DNA of 64,000 nucleotides from a virus: IMG/VR virus record IMGVR_UViG_3300036792_000198, positions 1 to 64,000 of that record; one strand, 5' to 3'. Shown piece by piece: positions 24,034 to 31,941 of this stretch (position 1 is its first letter; each line of letters starts with the position of its first letter). The notes under the pieces were generated by a model. It saw only the letters and a program-made list of their open reading frames with translations, ran no database searches and was not told where the DNA came from. The position numbers and the translations under genes were made by a program.

Positions 24034-24104
24034 TGCTAGCGGCGGTTTCTCACTACGGTGCAGGTAGTCTGCGGCCCCCGCACCGGGGAAACCCGCCGCT
24101 AGCA
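24034..24104 (+). terminator. long compound hairpin (16-17 bp outer stem plus 6 bp inner stem)
   Basis: The outer arms are tgctagcggcggtttc (24034..24049) and gaaacccgccgctagca (24088..24104), with one bulged G. The inner arms are cggtgc (24056..24061) and gcaccg (24080..24085). There is no T tract. Confidence 0.45.
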
Positions 24105-24244
24105 TGGCAGGGGCCCGGGGCACGGGTAAACAGGGCTGCTGACCGCGCCCCGGTCCCACCGGCATCCTAAATCCCAGCGCACTGGCATATGCGTGAAACG
24201 GATGCAAGCGGCGTATGCACGTGCGATGGAGCTTTACCTGCGTG

Positions 24245-24289
24245 TACGATGCCGCTAGGACAGTGGGCTGCTGACCGGGGAAGGAACCC
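24245..24289 (+). promoter_or_regulatory. conserved 45 nt element: TAYGAT -10-like hexamer plus leader ending in GGGGAAGGA, copy 1
   Basis: 39 of 45 positions are identical to 47808..47852, by hand alignment. It is immediately followed by a GTG start. Confidence 0.5.
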
Positions 24290-25738
24290 GTGCCGGCGAC
24301 CCTGCTGCCGTCCAGCGTCGAGCTGGTCGGTCCCAAGGGCTACGTGCACGGCTGGCATTATGTCGGCGGAGCCGGCCTTCCCTCGGTAGCGAAGCACAAC
24401 CTGGACCGGCCCAAGGCCGGGAACCTCAAGGCAGGCGACAGGGTCGCCGCCCTCTTCACCCACAAGGGCGCCGCCGGGGCGTTTGGCAGCCCGAACCGCA
24501 AGCTGTCCACCCACCAGGTCATGTCGGTCAGCCACAGCGGCAGCGGCAAGAACCGGCGCACCCACCTGGTCATGCGTGACACCAAGACCGGCGAGACGCA
24601 CAGGCAGTCGCTGCCGTCTCACGCCAAGGTCATCGCCCGCGTCTCCAAGGCGCCCGGCTTCGCCCCGATCAAGAACGGCAGGACGTCGAACCAGTCGTCG
24701 TTCCGGGCGTCCGGAGTAGGGCTCGCGGCACCCGCCACTTCAGATGCGAACGAGGGCCCCGCCATGACACTGGACTTTGCCACCCCCAAGCTCGGCAGCG
24801 GCGACCGCTTCAGGCGCCTCTCGGCCCGGCTCGCCGCACGCGGCGCCCGCAACCCCGACGCCCTTGCGGCCTACATCGGCCGCCGGAAGTACGGTGCCGG
24901 CGGGATGGGGCACCTGTCCCACGGCAAGCACCTTGCCAACAGTGACCTGGGCATCTACCTGGCTGAGACCGCCAAGGACAACCAGGGCATGACGCTGACC
25001 TGCCCTGAGTGCGGGCATACCGGGTCCGCCGGCAGCTTCGGCGCGAGCGGCGCCAGCACCGACTCCCAGCCGGGCGAGCTGCGCACCCCGGCGCCGGACG
25101 TGTCCGGGGTCCGGAACGGCGCCGTGGTGAACATCAGCGGCAAGGCCGCCTCCCATGCCCTGGCCAGCACCAGGCAGGCACTGGAGCTGGCCGCCGTAAC
25201 CGGCCGGCGGCCCATTCACGGCCCGATGGACGTCCTGGTCAAGCGCGGCACCGACGGCACCGCCGTCCTGCACCACCGGCACGGCGGCGCGCAGATCGCC
25301 AGCCTCCGCAAGACCCCCGAGGGCAAGTGGGTCGCCAGCGTCGCCGGCCGGGACATGCAGCCCCGCGACCACCAGCGCACCGCGCTGCTCGAAGCGGTCG
25401 GCGCGTGGAACGGCTCCATCGCCGGCGCCCGGCCGCAGGTCCCGCCGCTGCAGCCGGAGCCGAGGCAAACACCCCTGATGGAGCAGTTCGGCATCCCCGC
25501 GATGCGCAGCGCCGGGTTCGCGACCCCTGTGACCAGCGCCTCTGACGGCCCCCGGGCCACGATGTCGTCAGCGGACGGCGGGGACGGCGACAACACTGAC
25601 GACAACGGGCTCACCCCGCGCGGCCAGGCGATCTACAAGAAGCTCATAGCCAAGGGGTTCCCGCAGGCACGGGCCCTGGCGTTCGCGAAGAACGCGCAGA
25701 AGGCCAAGGCCGGCAAGTTCGGCACGTCGGGAAGCTGA
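24290..25738 (+). CDS. head-module protein E (482 aa), unknown function
   Basis: GTG start. The N-terminus SSVELVGPKGYVHGWHYVGG repeats the motif of protein A. Contains GSGDRFRRLSARLAARGARNPDALAAYIGRRKYG, a segment I recall from phage and plasmid proteins of unknown function. Confidence 0.7.
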   Translation: MPATLLPSSVELVGPKGYVHGWHYVGGAGLPSVAKHNLDRPKAGNLKAGDRVAALFTHKGAAGAFGSPNRKLSTHQVMSVSHSGSGKNRRTHLVMRDTKTGETHRQSLPSHAKVIARVSKAPGFAPIKNGRTSNQSSFRASGVGLAAPATSDANEGPAMTLDFATPKLGSGDRFRRLSARLAARGARNPDALAAYIGRRKYGAGGMGHLSHGKHLANSDLGIYLAETAKDNQGMTLTCPECGHTGSAGSFGASGASTDSQPGELRTPAPDVSGVRNGAVVNISGKAASHALASTRQALELAAVTGRRPIHGPMDVLVKRGTDGTAVLHHRHGGAQIASLRKTPEGKWVASVAGRDMQPRDHQRTALLEAVGAWNGSIAGARPQVPPLQPEPRQTPLMEQFGIPAMRSAGFATPVTSASDGPRATMSSADGGDGDNTDDNGLTPRGQAIYKKLIAKGFPQARALAFAKNAQKAKAGKFGTSGS

Positions 25739-25741
25739 CCC

Positions 25742-26989
25742 ATGACAACTGCCGTCCTTACGCCGATCAGCAACGCGCCGGCCGTTGAGCTTGGCAACCG
25801 GATGTGGCGGAAGAAGCTGCTGCCGGTCGGGGACATCGAGTACAAGGGCCGGACGCTGCACTTCACCCCGCAGTACCTGATGGGGCTGGCCAAGTCGTTC
25901 GCTGAGCGGGCGTACGACCAGGTCGCGTTCCAGCTTGCCGACGCCGGCAACACGCACACCAACGACCCGGAGCGGTACCGGGGCGAGATCGTGTCCATGG
26001 ACGCGGAGCCGGACGGCCTGTGGCTGACGCTGCAGCCGACCGAGGCCGGCGACAAGGTGCTGAAGGAAAACCCGAAGCTGGGCGTGTCCGCCCGGATCGT
26101 GGAGGGCTACGACCGCTCCGACGGCAAGCGGTTCACCGCCGCTATCCAGCATGTCCTCGGCACCCTTGACCCGCGCATCCCGGGACTGGGCGCCTGGCAG
26201 GCGATCGAGGCCGCCAACCCGGAGCCGGACAGCGTGTGGGACCTGTCCGACGAAGCATTCCCGGCGGGGGAGCCCTCGCCTGCCAGTTCCGATGCCCCTG
26301 TGAGGACAGACATGGCTGACCTTGACGCGCTGACCGACGACCAGAAGGCGAGGCTGGCGAAGCTGCTGGCCCTGCCGGACGACCAGATCGAGGCGCTTGC
26401 CTCCGGCGGCCTGGTCGTCACCTCCGAGGAGCTGGAGGCACTGACGGCCCCCGACGAGGGCGACGAGGAACTGAGCGACGAGGAACTGGACGCGCTCGTC
26501 GCGGAGGCCGCCGAGCTGGACGCGGCGGGGCTGCTCGACGAGGAGCCTGACCTGGAAGGAGAGCCGGTGGCAGCTGGACTGTCGGCGGAGGCCCAGTTCG
26601 CGATTGACCTGGCCAACGCCCGCTCGGACGAGACGAAGCGGGAACTGGCCGTGGTTACCGCCCGGCTCCGCGAGGAGGACTTCCAGGCGGAGAAGCGGCG
26701 CCTCGCCGACCTGGGCGTTCCCCCGTACCTGACGGAGCTGGCCCGGCCGCTGCTGGAAGGCGCCGGGCACGCGGTGGAGCTGGCCAACGGCAACACCGTG
26801 GACGCCGGGCAGATCATGCGCCAGGTGCTCGCCGAGTACGCCCGCCAGGTCAAGCTCCTGGACCTGGGCGTGGAACTCGGCTCCCCGATGGACGTGCCGG
26901 ACGACGCCGGCGACGAGCGGCTGCAGCAGCAGGCCGCTGACCGTGACGACGTGATCGGCCGGGCCAAGAGCGCGATGGGCTTCCGCTGA
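25742..26989 (+). CDS. prohead protease/scaffold-like protein (Mu gpI-like)
   Basis: The N-terminal W.KKLLPVG...HT....RYRGEIVSMDAEPDGLWLTLQPT..G...L.....LGVSARI parallels the gpI family layout. The C-terminal half is acidic and coiled-coil like a scaffold. It sits directly before the decoration-like and capsid genes. Confidence 0.55.
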   Translation: MTTAVLTPISNAPAVELGNRMWRKKLLPVGDIEYKGRTLHFTPQYLMGLAKSFAERAYDQVAFQLADAGNTHTNDPERYRGEIVSMDAEPDGLWLTLQPTEAGDKVLKENPKLGVSARIVEGYDRSDGKRFTAAIQHVLGTLDPRIPGLGAWQAIEAANPEPDSVWDLSDEAFPAGEPSPASSDAPVRTDMADLDALTDDQKARLAKLLALPDDQIEALASGGLVVTSEELEALTAPDEGDEELSDEELDALVAEAAELDAAGLLDEEPDLEGEPVAAGLSAEAQFAIDLANARSDETKRELAVVTARLREEDFQAEKRRLADLGVPPYLTELARPLLEGAGHAVELANGNTVDAGQIMRQVLAEYARQVKLLDLGVELGSPMDVPDDAGDERLQQQAADRDDVIGRAKSAMGFR

Positions 26990-27057
26990 TGACCGCCGCG
27001 AAGCACGACCAGCCCGGCGAGCCAGCCGGCATGAGCAACGGGAACTAGGAGACCGCC

Positions 27058-27636
27058 ATGTCGGCTGTTCTTCCGCACTTTTCGAGAGGCCCCGCCAACA
27101 AGCAGGTCGCAGGGCTGGTCTACGGCGGCCAGTTCCTGGTGCCGAACACCCTTACGGCCGGCACGACGGACCTGACGGTCGCGGTTGCCCCGGGCGGCAT
27201 CGCCGCTGCCGCAGGAGGCGTCACCAACGTGGTCGGCCTGGCCGGCGCGGACGCCAACGTGGTTTCCACCCAGACCGGCGGGGCCAACTCCTACGGGCAG
27301 CCGCTGATCGACATCAGCGTCCTGACCGACTACGTGCCGGTGTACTACGGCGGATGGGACATCTGGGCCTGGTACGCGGGCCCGGCCCGGGAGGGTGACG
27401 AGCTGATCGTCGGCACGAGCACCAGCGGCGGGGCCGCCCCCGGCTGCGTGGCCAGCTTCCAGGTCGGCACCGTGTACTTCCCCGGCTCGTCGACCGCCGT
27501 CACGGCCACCGGCCCGAGTGTCGTGGTGGGCCGCTGCACGCACCCCGGAGGGGTGTCCTCGGCGATGCTCACCCAGCAGATCGGCGGCCAGGGCACCGCC
27601 GCCTACTTCCTCGGCCGTATCCGAGTCGGGCTCTGA
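27058..27636 (+). CDS. possible head decoration / DUF2190-like protein
   Basis: Gly/Ala/Val-rich 192 aa protein between the scaffold and the capsid gene. The assignment is positional only. Confidence 0.45.
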   Translation: MSAVLPHFSRGPANKQVAGLVYGGQFLVPNTLTAGTTDLTVAVAPGGIAAAAGGVTNVVGLAGADANVVSTQTGGANSYGQPLIDISVLTDYVPVYYGGWDIWAWYAGPAREGDELIVGTSTSGGAAPGCVASFQVGTVYFPGSSTAVTATGPSVVVGRCTHPGGVSSAMLTQQIGGQGTAAYFLGRIRVGL

Positions 27637-27653
27637 AAGGAGGGACGAGCTAG

Positions 27654-28565
27654 ATGCCTACTGGAGCAAGAGGTTACAGCGACGCCCCACGGCTTACCGT
27701 CAATGAGCTGCTGAAGGACCCGCTCACCATCCCAGCCTTGATCCTGGATATCACGCAGAACGAGTTCATCATGGACAGCGTCCTGCGCATGGGCGGCTCG
27801 GCTCCCTCCGGCGCGGTCCGGTACAGCGAGTCGACGCCGCTGTACGCCGACGACTTCCCTGAGATCAGGCCGGAGTTCGGCGAGGTGCCCGTGGTGCCGA
27901 CGTCGATCGGCGTGCCCCGCGTGGTGTTCAGCCACGAGCGGGCGATGGCGATCCTCGTGTCTGACGAGATGCGCCGCCGCCAGGCCATCGACCCGGTAAC
28001 CAGGCAGCTACTCCAGGTGAAAAACACCATGGTGTACTCCTGGAACACCGCTTTCTACAGTGCCGTCGTTGCCAACGCGTCCATCCAGACACTCGCGGTG
28101 TCGAACCCGTGGGCGTCGGCCGCCGCGACCACCCGCGCGGACATCGCCCAGGGTGTCTACCTGGTGGAGAACGCCAACGTCGTCTCGCCCTCCGGGGTCA
28201 CCCAGTGGCTGGGCTTCGAGGCTGACACGCTCATCGTGAACCACGGCACCAAGAACACCCTGCTTCAGTCCAGCACCTTCGCCGCCCCCTACATCGGCGA
28301 CATCGCGAGCGAGAACCTCCAGTACACGGGCGTGCTGCCGAACAAGATCTTCAACCTGGACGTCCTGATCTCGCGCCAGGTCCCCGCCGGGAACGCGATC
28401 ATCATGCAGCGGCACCGCTGCGGCTTCTACGCCGATGAACTCCCGTTCCTGGCCGGACCGTTGTACCGCGAGGAGAACCGCAAGGTGTGGCGCTCCGACA
28501 CCCAGCGGTCCAGCGCCATCGGCCTCGACCAGCCGCTCTCCATCTGCCTGCTGAGCGGAGTGTGA
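27654..28565 (+). CDS. major capsid protein (HK97 fold inferred)
   Basis: 303 aa protein placed after the protease/scaffold and decoration-like genes and before the connector genes. The call rests on size and order. Confidence 0.7.
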   Translation: MPTGARGYSDAPRLTVNELLKDPLTIPALILDITQNEFIMDSVLRMGGSAPSGAVRYSESTPLYADDFPEIRPEFGEVPVVPTSIGVPRVVFSHERAMAILVSDEMRRRQAIDPVTRQLLQVKNTMVYSWNTAFYSAVVANASIQTLAVSNPWASAAATTRADIAQGVYLVENANVVSPSGVTQWLGFEADTLIVNHGTKNTLLQSSTFAAPYIGDIASENLQYTGVLPNKIFNLDVLISRQVPAGNAIIMQRHRCGFYADELPFLAGPLYREENRKVWRSDTQRSSAIGLDQPLSICLLSGV

Positions 28566-28567
28566 CC

Positions 28568-29146
28568 ATGCCCCCGGCCACCACTGCCAAGGCCCCGCAG
28601 GCCCCGCTGGTACCGCTGAACGGCGACGAGCGGCTGCTGCTGACCAGCCTGCTCGCCCGCGACTCCCTCGACAAGGGGCCCGCGACCCGCATCGGCGACC
28701 CGTACGAGGCACTGGTGAACCTGTCCGTGCCCCGGCGCGGCGACTTCGACCACGGCTCCGACCTGGTGATGGCGGGGGAGACCGTCTACCTGACCCCTGA
28801 CGAGGCCCGGCTGTTCGAACGGCACGGCAACCGCGACGGCCGCCAGGTGCCGGTGATCCGCAAGCTGTCCGGCCCCGAGGGGTCGCACGCGGAGCTGCCC
28901 CGGCTGCTGCCGCGTCACCTGTCCGGCCGCATGTTCCGCCCGGCGGTCCCGCCGCCGAACACGGACCTGCCGCGCCCGGACCCGGTGGAGTCCAGCCACA
29001 TCAAGTACGTCGAGCCGGCCGGGGAGGCGCCGGAGTCCGGCGGGGCGGTCGCCGTCGACCCGGCGGAGATGGCCAGCCACCTGTCCGACGCCGTGGCGCA
29101 GGACGCCCTCGACCTGCCGCCCGGGGCGAGAACCCGCAGGAGGTAA
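28568..29146 (+). CDS. hypothetical protein (192 aa)
   Basis: ATG at 28568 in the frame of track ORF 28487..29146, 2 nt after the capsid stop. Confidence 0.55.
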   Translation: MPPATTAKAPQAPLVPLNGDERLLLTSLLARDSLDKGPATRIGDPYEALVNLSVPRRGDFDHGSDLVMAGETVYLTPDEARLFERHGNRDGRQVPVIRKLSGPEGSHAELPRLLPRHLSGRMFRPAVPPPNTDLPRPDPVESSHIKYVEPAGEAPESGGAVAVDPAEMASHLSDAVAQDALDLPPGARTRRR

Positions 29147-29149
29147 CCC

Positions 29150-29767
29150 GTGCCGATCACCGTCCAGCCGACCGAGATTCCCCGGCTGCGCTGCCCGCGC
29201 TGCCGGTTTGACGGGGCGTTCATCCCGAACGCGCCCCTGGTCTGGCGGTGCACCCGGTGCGAGTGGCCGTTCACACTCGGCGCCGCGACGGTCACCGTGC
29301 CGACGGCCAGCCCGGTCAGCAACACGGTTTACACCAACAGCAGCGGCACCGTTGTCGCGGCCACCATCACCACCGCCTCCGGCGTGACGGCGATCACCGT
29401 CAACGGCGTGTCAACCGGGCAGACGTCCGGGACCGTGTTCATCCCGCGCAACGGGACGATCAGCATCACCTGGGCGACGACCCAGCCGACGATGACGTGG
29501 GCGCTGCCTGCTATCTCCGCCGGGGTGCCCGCCGCCGGGCTCGCGCTGCCGTTCACCGCGTGGGGCACCTGCTTCGCCCTCGGCCAGGTGCTGATCGTCG
29601 ACCCTGCCGGAACTTCCGACGTGGTCACCGTCTCCGGCACCCCGACGGGCACGTCGGTTCCGGTAAGCGCACTGAACTCCTCGCACCTGACCGGCGTGCT
29701 GGTGACCGTCGCCCAGGCGTCCACGTACCTGTCCAGCGTGGAAAACGTCCCGCAAACCGCCTACTAG
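29150..29767 (+). CDS. zinc-ribbon plus beta-sandwich module protein (paralog set 1, member 1)
   Basis: The N-terminus reads CPRCRF...RCTRCEW. The module reads VYTNSSGTVVAATITTASGVTAITVNGVSTGQTSGTVFIPRNGTISITWATTQPTMTWA. Confidence 0.6.
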   Translation: MPITVQPTEIPRLRCPRCRFDGAFIPNAPLVWRCTRCEWPFTLGAATVTVPTASPVSNTVYTNSSGTVVAATITTASGVTAITVNGVSTGQTSGTVFIPRNGTISITWATTQPTMTWALPAISAGVPAAGLALPFTAWGTCFALGQVLIVDPAGTSDVVTVSGTPTGTSVPVSALNSSHLTGVLVTVAQASTYLSSVENVPQTAY

Positions 29768-29787
29768 CCCGCCCGGGAGGTGACCTC

Positions 29788-30339
29788 ATGACGTTCGGCC
29801 GCTACGTGCTGACCGCCGGCGTCACCATGCCCTGGCCCGCGACCTGGTCGGAGGTCATCCAGGGGGCCGTCAACAGCCCCATCGCGACCCCGGCGGTGCC
29901 CGCCACGGGCGTCGCGATCTCCAACCCGTACGGGGTCAGCGTCGCCATCACGATCGCCGCCGCCGGGTCGACGATCACCGCGATCAGCACGGGCTCCAAC
30001 TCCGCGAACCTGTCTCCGACCGGGCTGACGTCCGGCACGGTGTTCCTGCCGAACGACTGGGCGGTCTCCGTCACCTACACCGGCGGAACCCCCACCTGGA
30101 CATGGGCGACATCGGAGCTGCCCCAGTCGGGGGCCAGCTCCCAGGTGTGCGCCGTGTCGAACCCGGCCCCGCCCGGCGGCCAGCTCGGCACCATCCCGCA
30201 GTTCACCTGGTACGCCGGGCAGGCGCTGTGGCTGGACAGCAACGGGGCGCTGTACGCGGCGCTGAACGCCGCCGGGGCGAACCTGCGGGCGTGGATCGAC
30301 GGCACCGACAACGTGGGCCGCGCGGCCCTGTCGAACTGA
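29788..30339 (+). CDS. beta-sandwich module protein (paralog set 1, member 2)
   Basis: ATG at 29788 in the frame of track ORF 29248..30339. The module reads ISNPYGVSVAITIAAAGSTITAISTGSNSANLSPTGLTSGTVFLPNDWAVSVTYTGGTPTWTWA. Confidence 0.6.
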   Translation: MTFGRYVLTAGVTMPWPATWSEVIQGAVNSPIATPAVPATGVAISNPYGVSVAITIAAAGSTITAISTGSNSANLSPTGLTSGTVFLPNDWAVSVTYTGGTPTWTWATSELPQSGASSQVCAVSNPAPPGGQLGTIPQFTWYAGQALWLDSNGALYAALNAAGANLRAWIDGTDNVGRAALSN

Positions 30340-30352
30340 GCGGAGGACGGGA

Positions 30353-30667
30353 ATGCCCGGGTACGGCGAGCAGGAGATAGAGGCAGACGTGCAGGCCAGG
30401 GGCCTGAACGCGCCGCGCGTCACCGCCAGTGACCTTGACTCCAAGATCACCGGCGAGCAGCACCACGTGTTTCCCGGCACGACCGTGACGGTCTGCTGCC
30501 TGACGCTGCGGAACGGCTACAGCGTCGTCGGCCAGTCGGCGGCGGCTAGCCCTGTGAACTTCGACCCGGAGATCGGCCAGAAGGTCGCGCGGGCCGACGC
30601 CCGGGACAAGATCTGGGCGCTGGAAGGCTACCTCCTCCGCGAACGGCTCTACCGAGAGGCCCACTGA
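30353..30667 (+). CDS. Gp49-like protein (N4 Gp49 / Sf6 gp66 family)
   Basis: FPGTTVTVCCLTLRNGYSVVGQSAAASPVNFDPEIGQKVARADARDKIWALEGYLLRERL matches my memory of that family's consensus. Confidence 0.6.
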   Translation: MPGYGEQEIEADVQARGLNAPRVTASDLDSKITGEQHHVFPGTTVTVCCLTLRNGYSVVGQSAAASPVNFDPEIGQKVARADARDKIWALEGYLLRERLYREAH

Positions 30668-31293
30668 TGATCACCCAGCCGGCAGTACCCGCGACCAGCT
30701 CCGCCGGGGTCACCAACACGGCCGTCAACTCCACCGGCAACACCGCCTACGTGTCCGCCGGCGCCAACGGCGCCACCATGGCCAACTACTGGGTGAACGC
30801 CGTCTCGGTGGCGACCTCGGCGACCGCGTTCATGATGACGGTCCCGCCCGGCGGCGCCTGCGCGCTGCAGTACACCGTTGCCACCCCCGTGTGGTTCTGG
30901 TCGCCGTGCACCCCGGTGCTGCCCGCCAGCGGCAGCCCGGTTGTCAACACCACCGGCCGGGACATTGACGTGGTGTTCCTCGGCGGCGGCTCCGTGTCGG
31001 CGATCACGATCAACGGGGTGACGACGAATATCACCCAGGCGCCGACGATGAACAGCCAGGGCATCCCGCTGCCGCCAGGTGCGACCATCGTCGTCACTTA
31101 CACCGGCACCGTCGTGTGGGCGTGGCTGGACCCGCTCGACCTGACGCTGGCGCACTCGGACGGCACCACGTACATGCAGCCGAACACCGTCGCGCCAGCC
31201 GGCGTGAACGGCTACTCGCCGCTCAACACGCTTCCCTACGCGGTCCACGCGGCAACCGGCGCACCCGGTTTCGGCGTGGGGGTTGCGAACTAG
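30667..31293 (+). CDS. double beta-sandwich module protein (paralog set 1, member 3)
   Basis: Two modules end in LQYTVATPVWFWSP and in SAITINGVTTNITQ...PLPPGATIVVTYTGTVVWAWLDP. Confidence 0.6.
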   Translation: MITQPAVPATSSAGVTNTAVNSTGNTAYVSAGANGATMANYWVNAVSVATSATAFMMTVPPGGACALQYTVATPVWFWSPCTPVLPASGSPVVNTTGRDIDVVFLGGGSVSAITINGVTTNITQAPTMNSQGIPLPPGATIVVTYTGTVVWAWLDPLDLTLAHSDGTTYMQPNTVAPAGVNGYSPLNTLPYAVHAATGAPGFGVGVAN

Positions 31294-31295
31294 CC

Positions 31296-31523
31296 GTGAG
31301 CCAGTACCCGCAGCGGGTCCTCAGCGACGTCACGGTGACGTGGGATGCCCACGCCAACGGGGCGCCGGCGACCACGTTCGTCAAGCACGGGACCGTCGTA
31401 GACATACTGCCTGGCAGCAGCCTCGCTGCCGCCTACGGCGGTCCCGCCAACCTGTCCGGCGTCATCCCGGCCAGCCGGCGGGGCAACGAGACGTGCCTGT
31501 CGAAGGCGGCGGTGACGAACTGA
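31296..31523 (+). CDS. small protein (paralog set 2, member 1)
   Basis: GTG at 31296 in the frame of track ORF 31116..31523. Contains DVTVTWD...GTVVDILPGSSLAAAYGGPANLSGV. Confidence 0.5.
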   Translation: MSQYPQRVLSDVTVTWDAHANGAPATTFVKHGTVVDILPGSSLAAAYGGPANLSGVIPASRRGNETCLSKAAVTN

Positions 31524-31524
31524 C

Positions 31525-31941
31525 ATGGGCGTCAACCCGCGCGTCATCGCCAGGGACACGGTGATCTTCTGGGATCACGTTCCCCAGCGGCTGCCGCGCG
31601 GGCTGGTGATCGACGTTCCGCCCGGCTCGGCCCTGGAAGCGGCGATCGGCGCCGACCGGCTGGCCCCGCTCGGTGCCCACACCCCGCTCGCCATGCAGGA
31701 AGCCCCGGCCAGGGGCGGCGGCAAGTCGGGGACCTCGAACGGGCCGCAGGTGGACGCCGGCGAGGCACCCAGCGCCAGGGTGCCCTCAGCGGAACCGCCT
31801 GCGCGCCCTCCGGAAGAGGAGAAGCCGAAGGCTGCCGAGCCTCACGTGAAGCAGCCGCCGGCGCACCCGGCGAAGGCCGCTCCTCGCCGGCGGCCGGCGG
31901 CGAGGAAGCCGCGCAGCGAGGGAGAACCTGATGGCAGCTAA
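31525..31941 (+). CDS. small protein with Pro/Ala/Lys-rich tail (paralog set 2, member 2)
   Basis: Contains DTVIFWD...GLVIDVPPGSALEAAIGADRLAPL. Confidence 0.55.
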   Translation: MGVNPRVIARDTVIFWDHVPQRLPRGLVIDVPPGSALEAAIGADRLAPLGAHTPLAMQEAPARGGGKSGTSNGPQVDAGEAPSARVPSAEPPARPPEEEKPKAAEPHVKQPPAHPAKAAPRRRPAARKPRSEGEPDGS

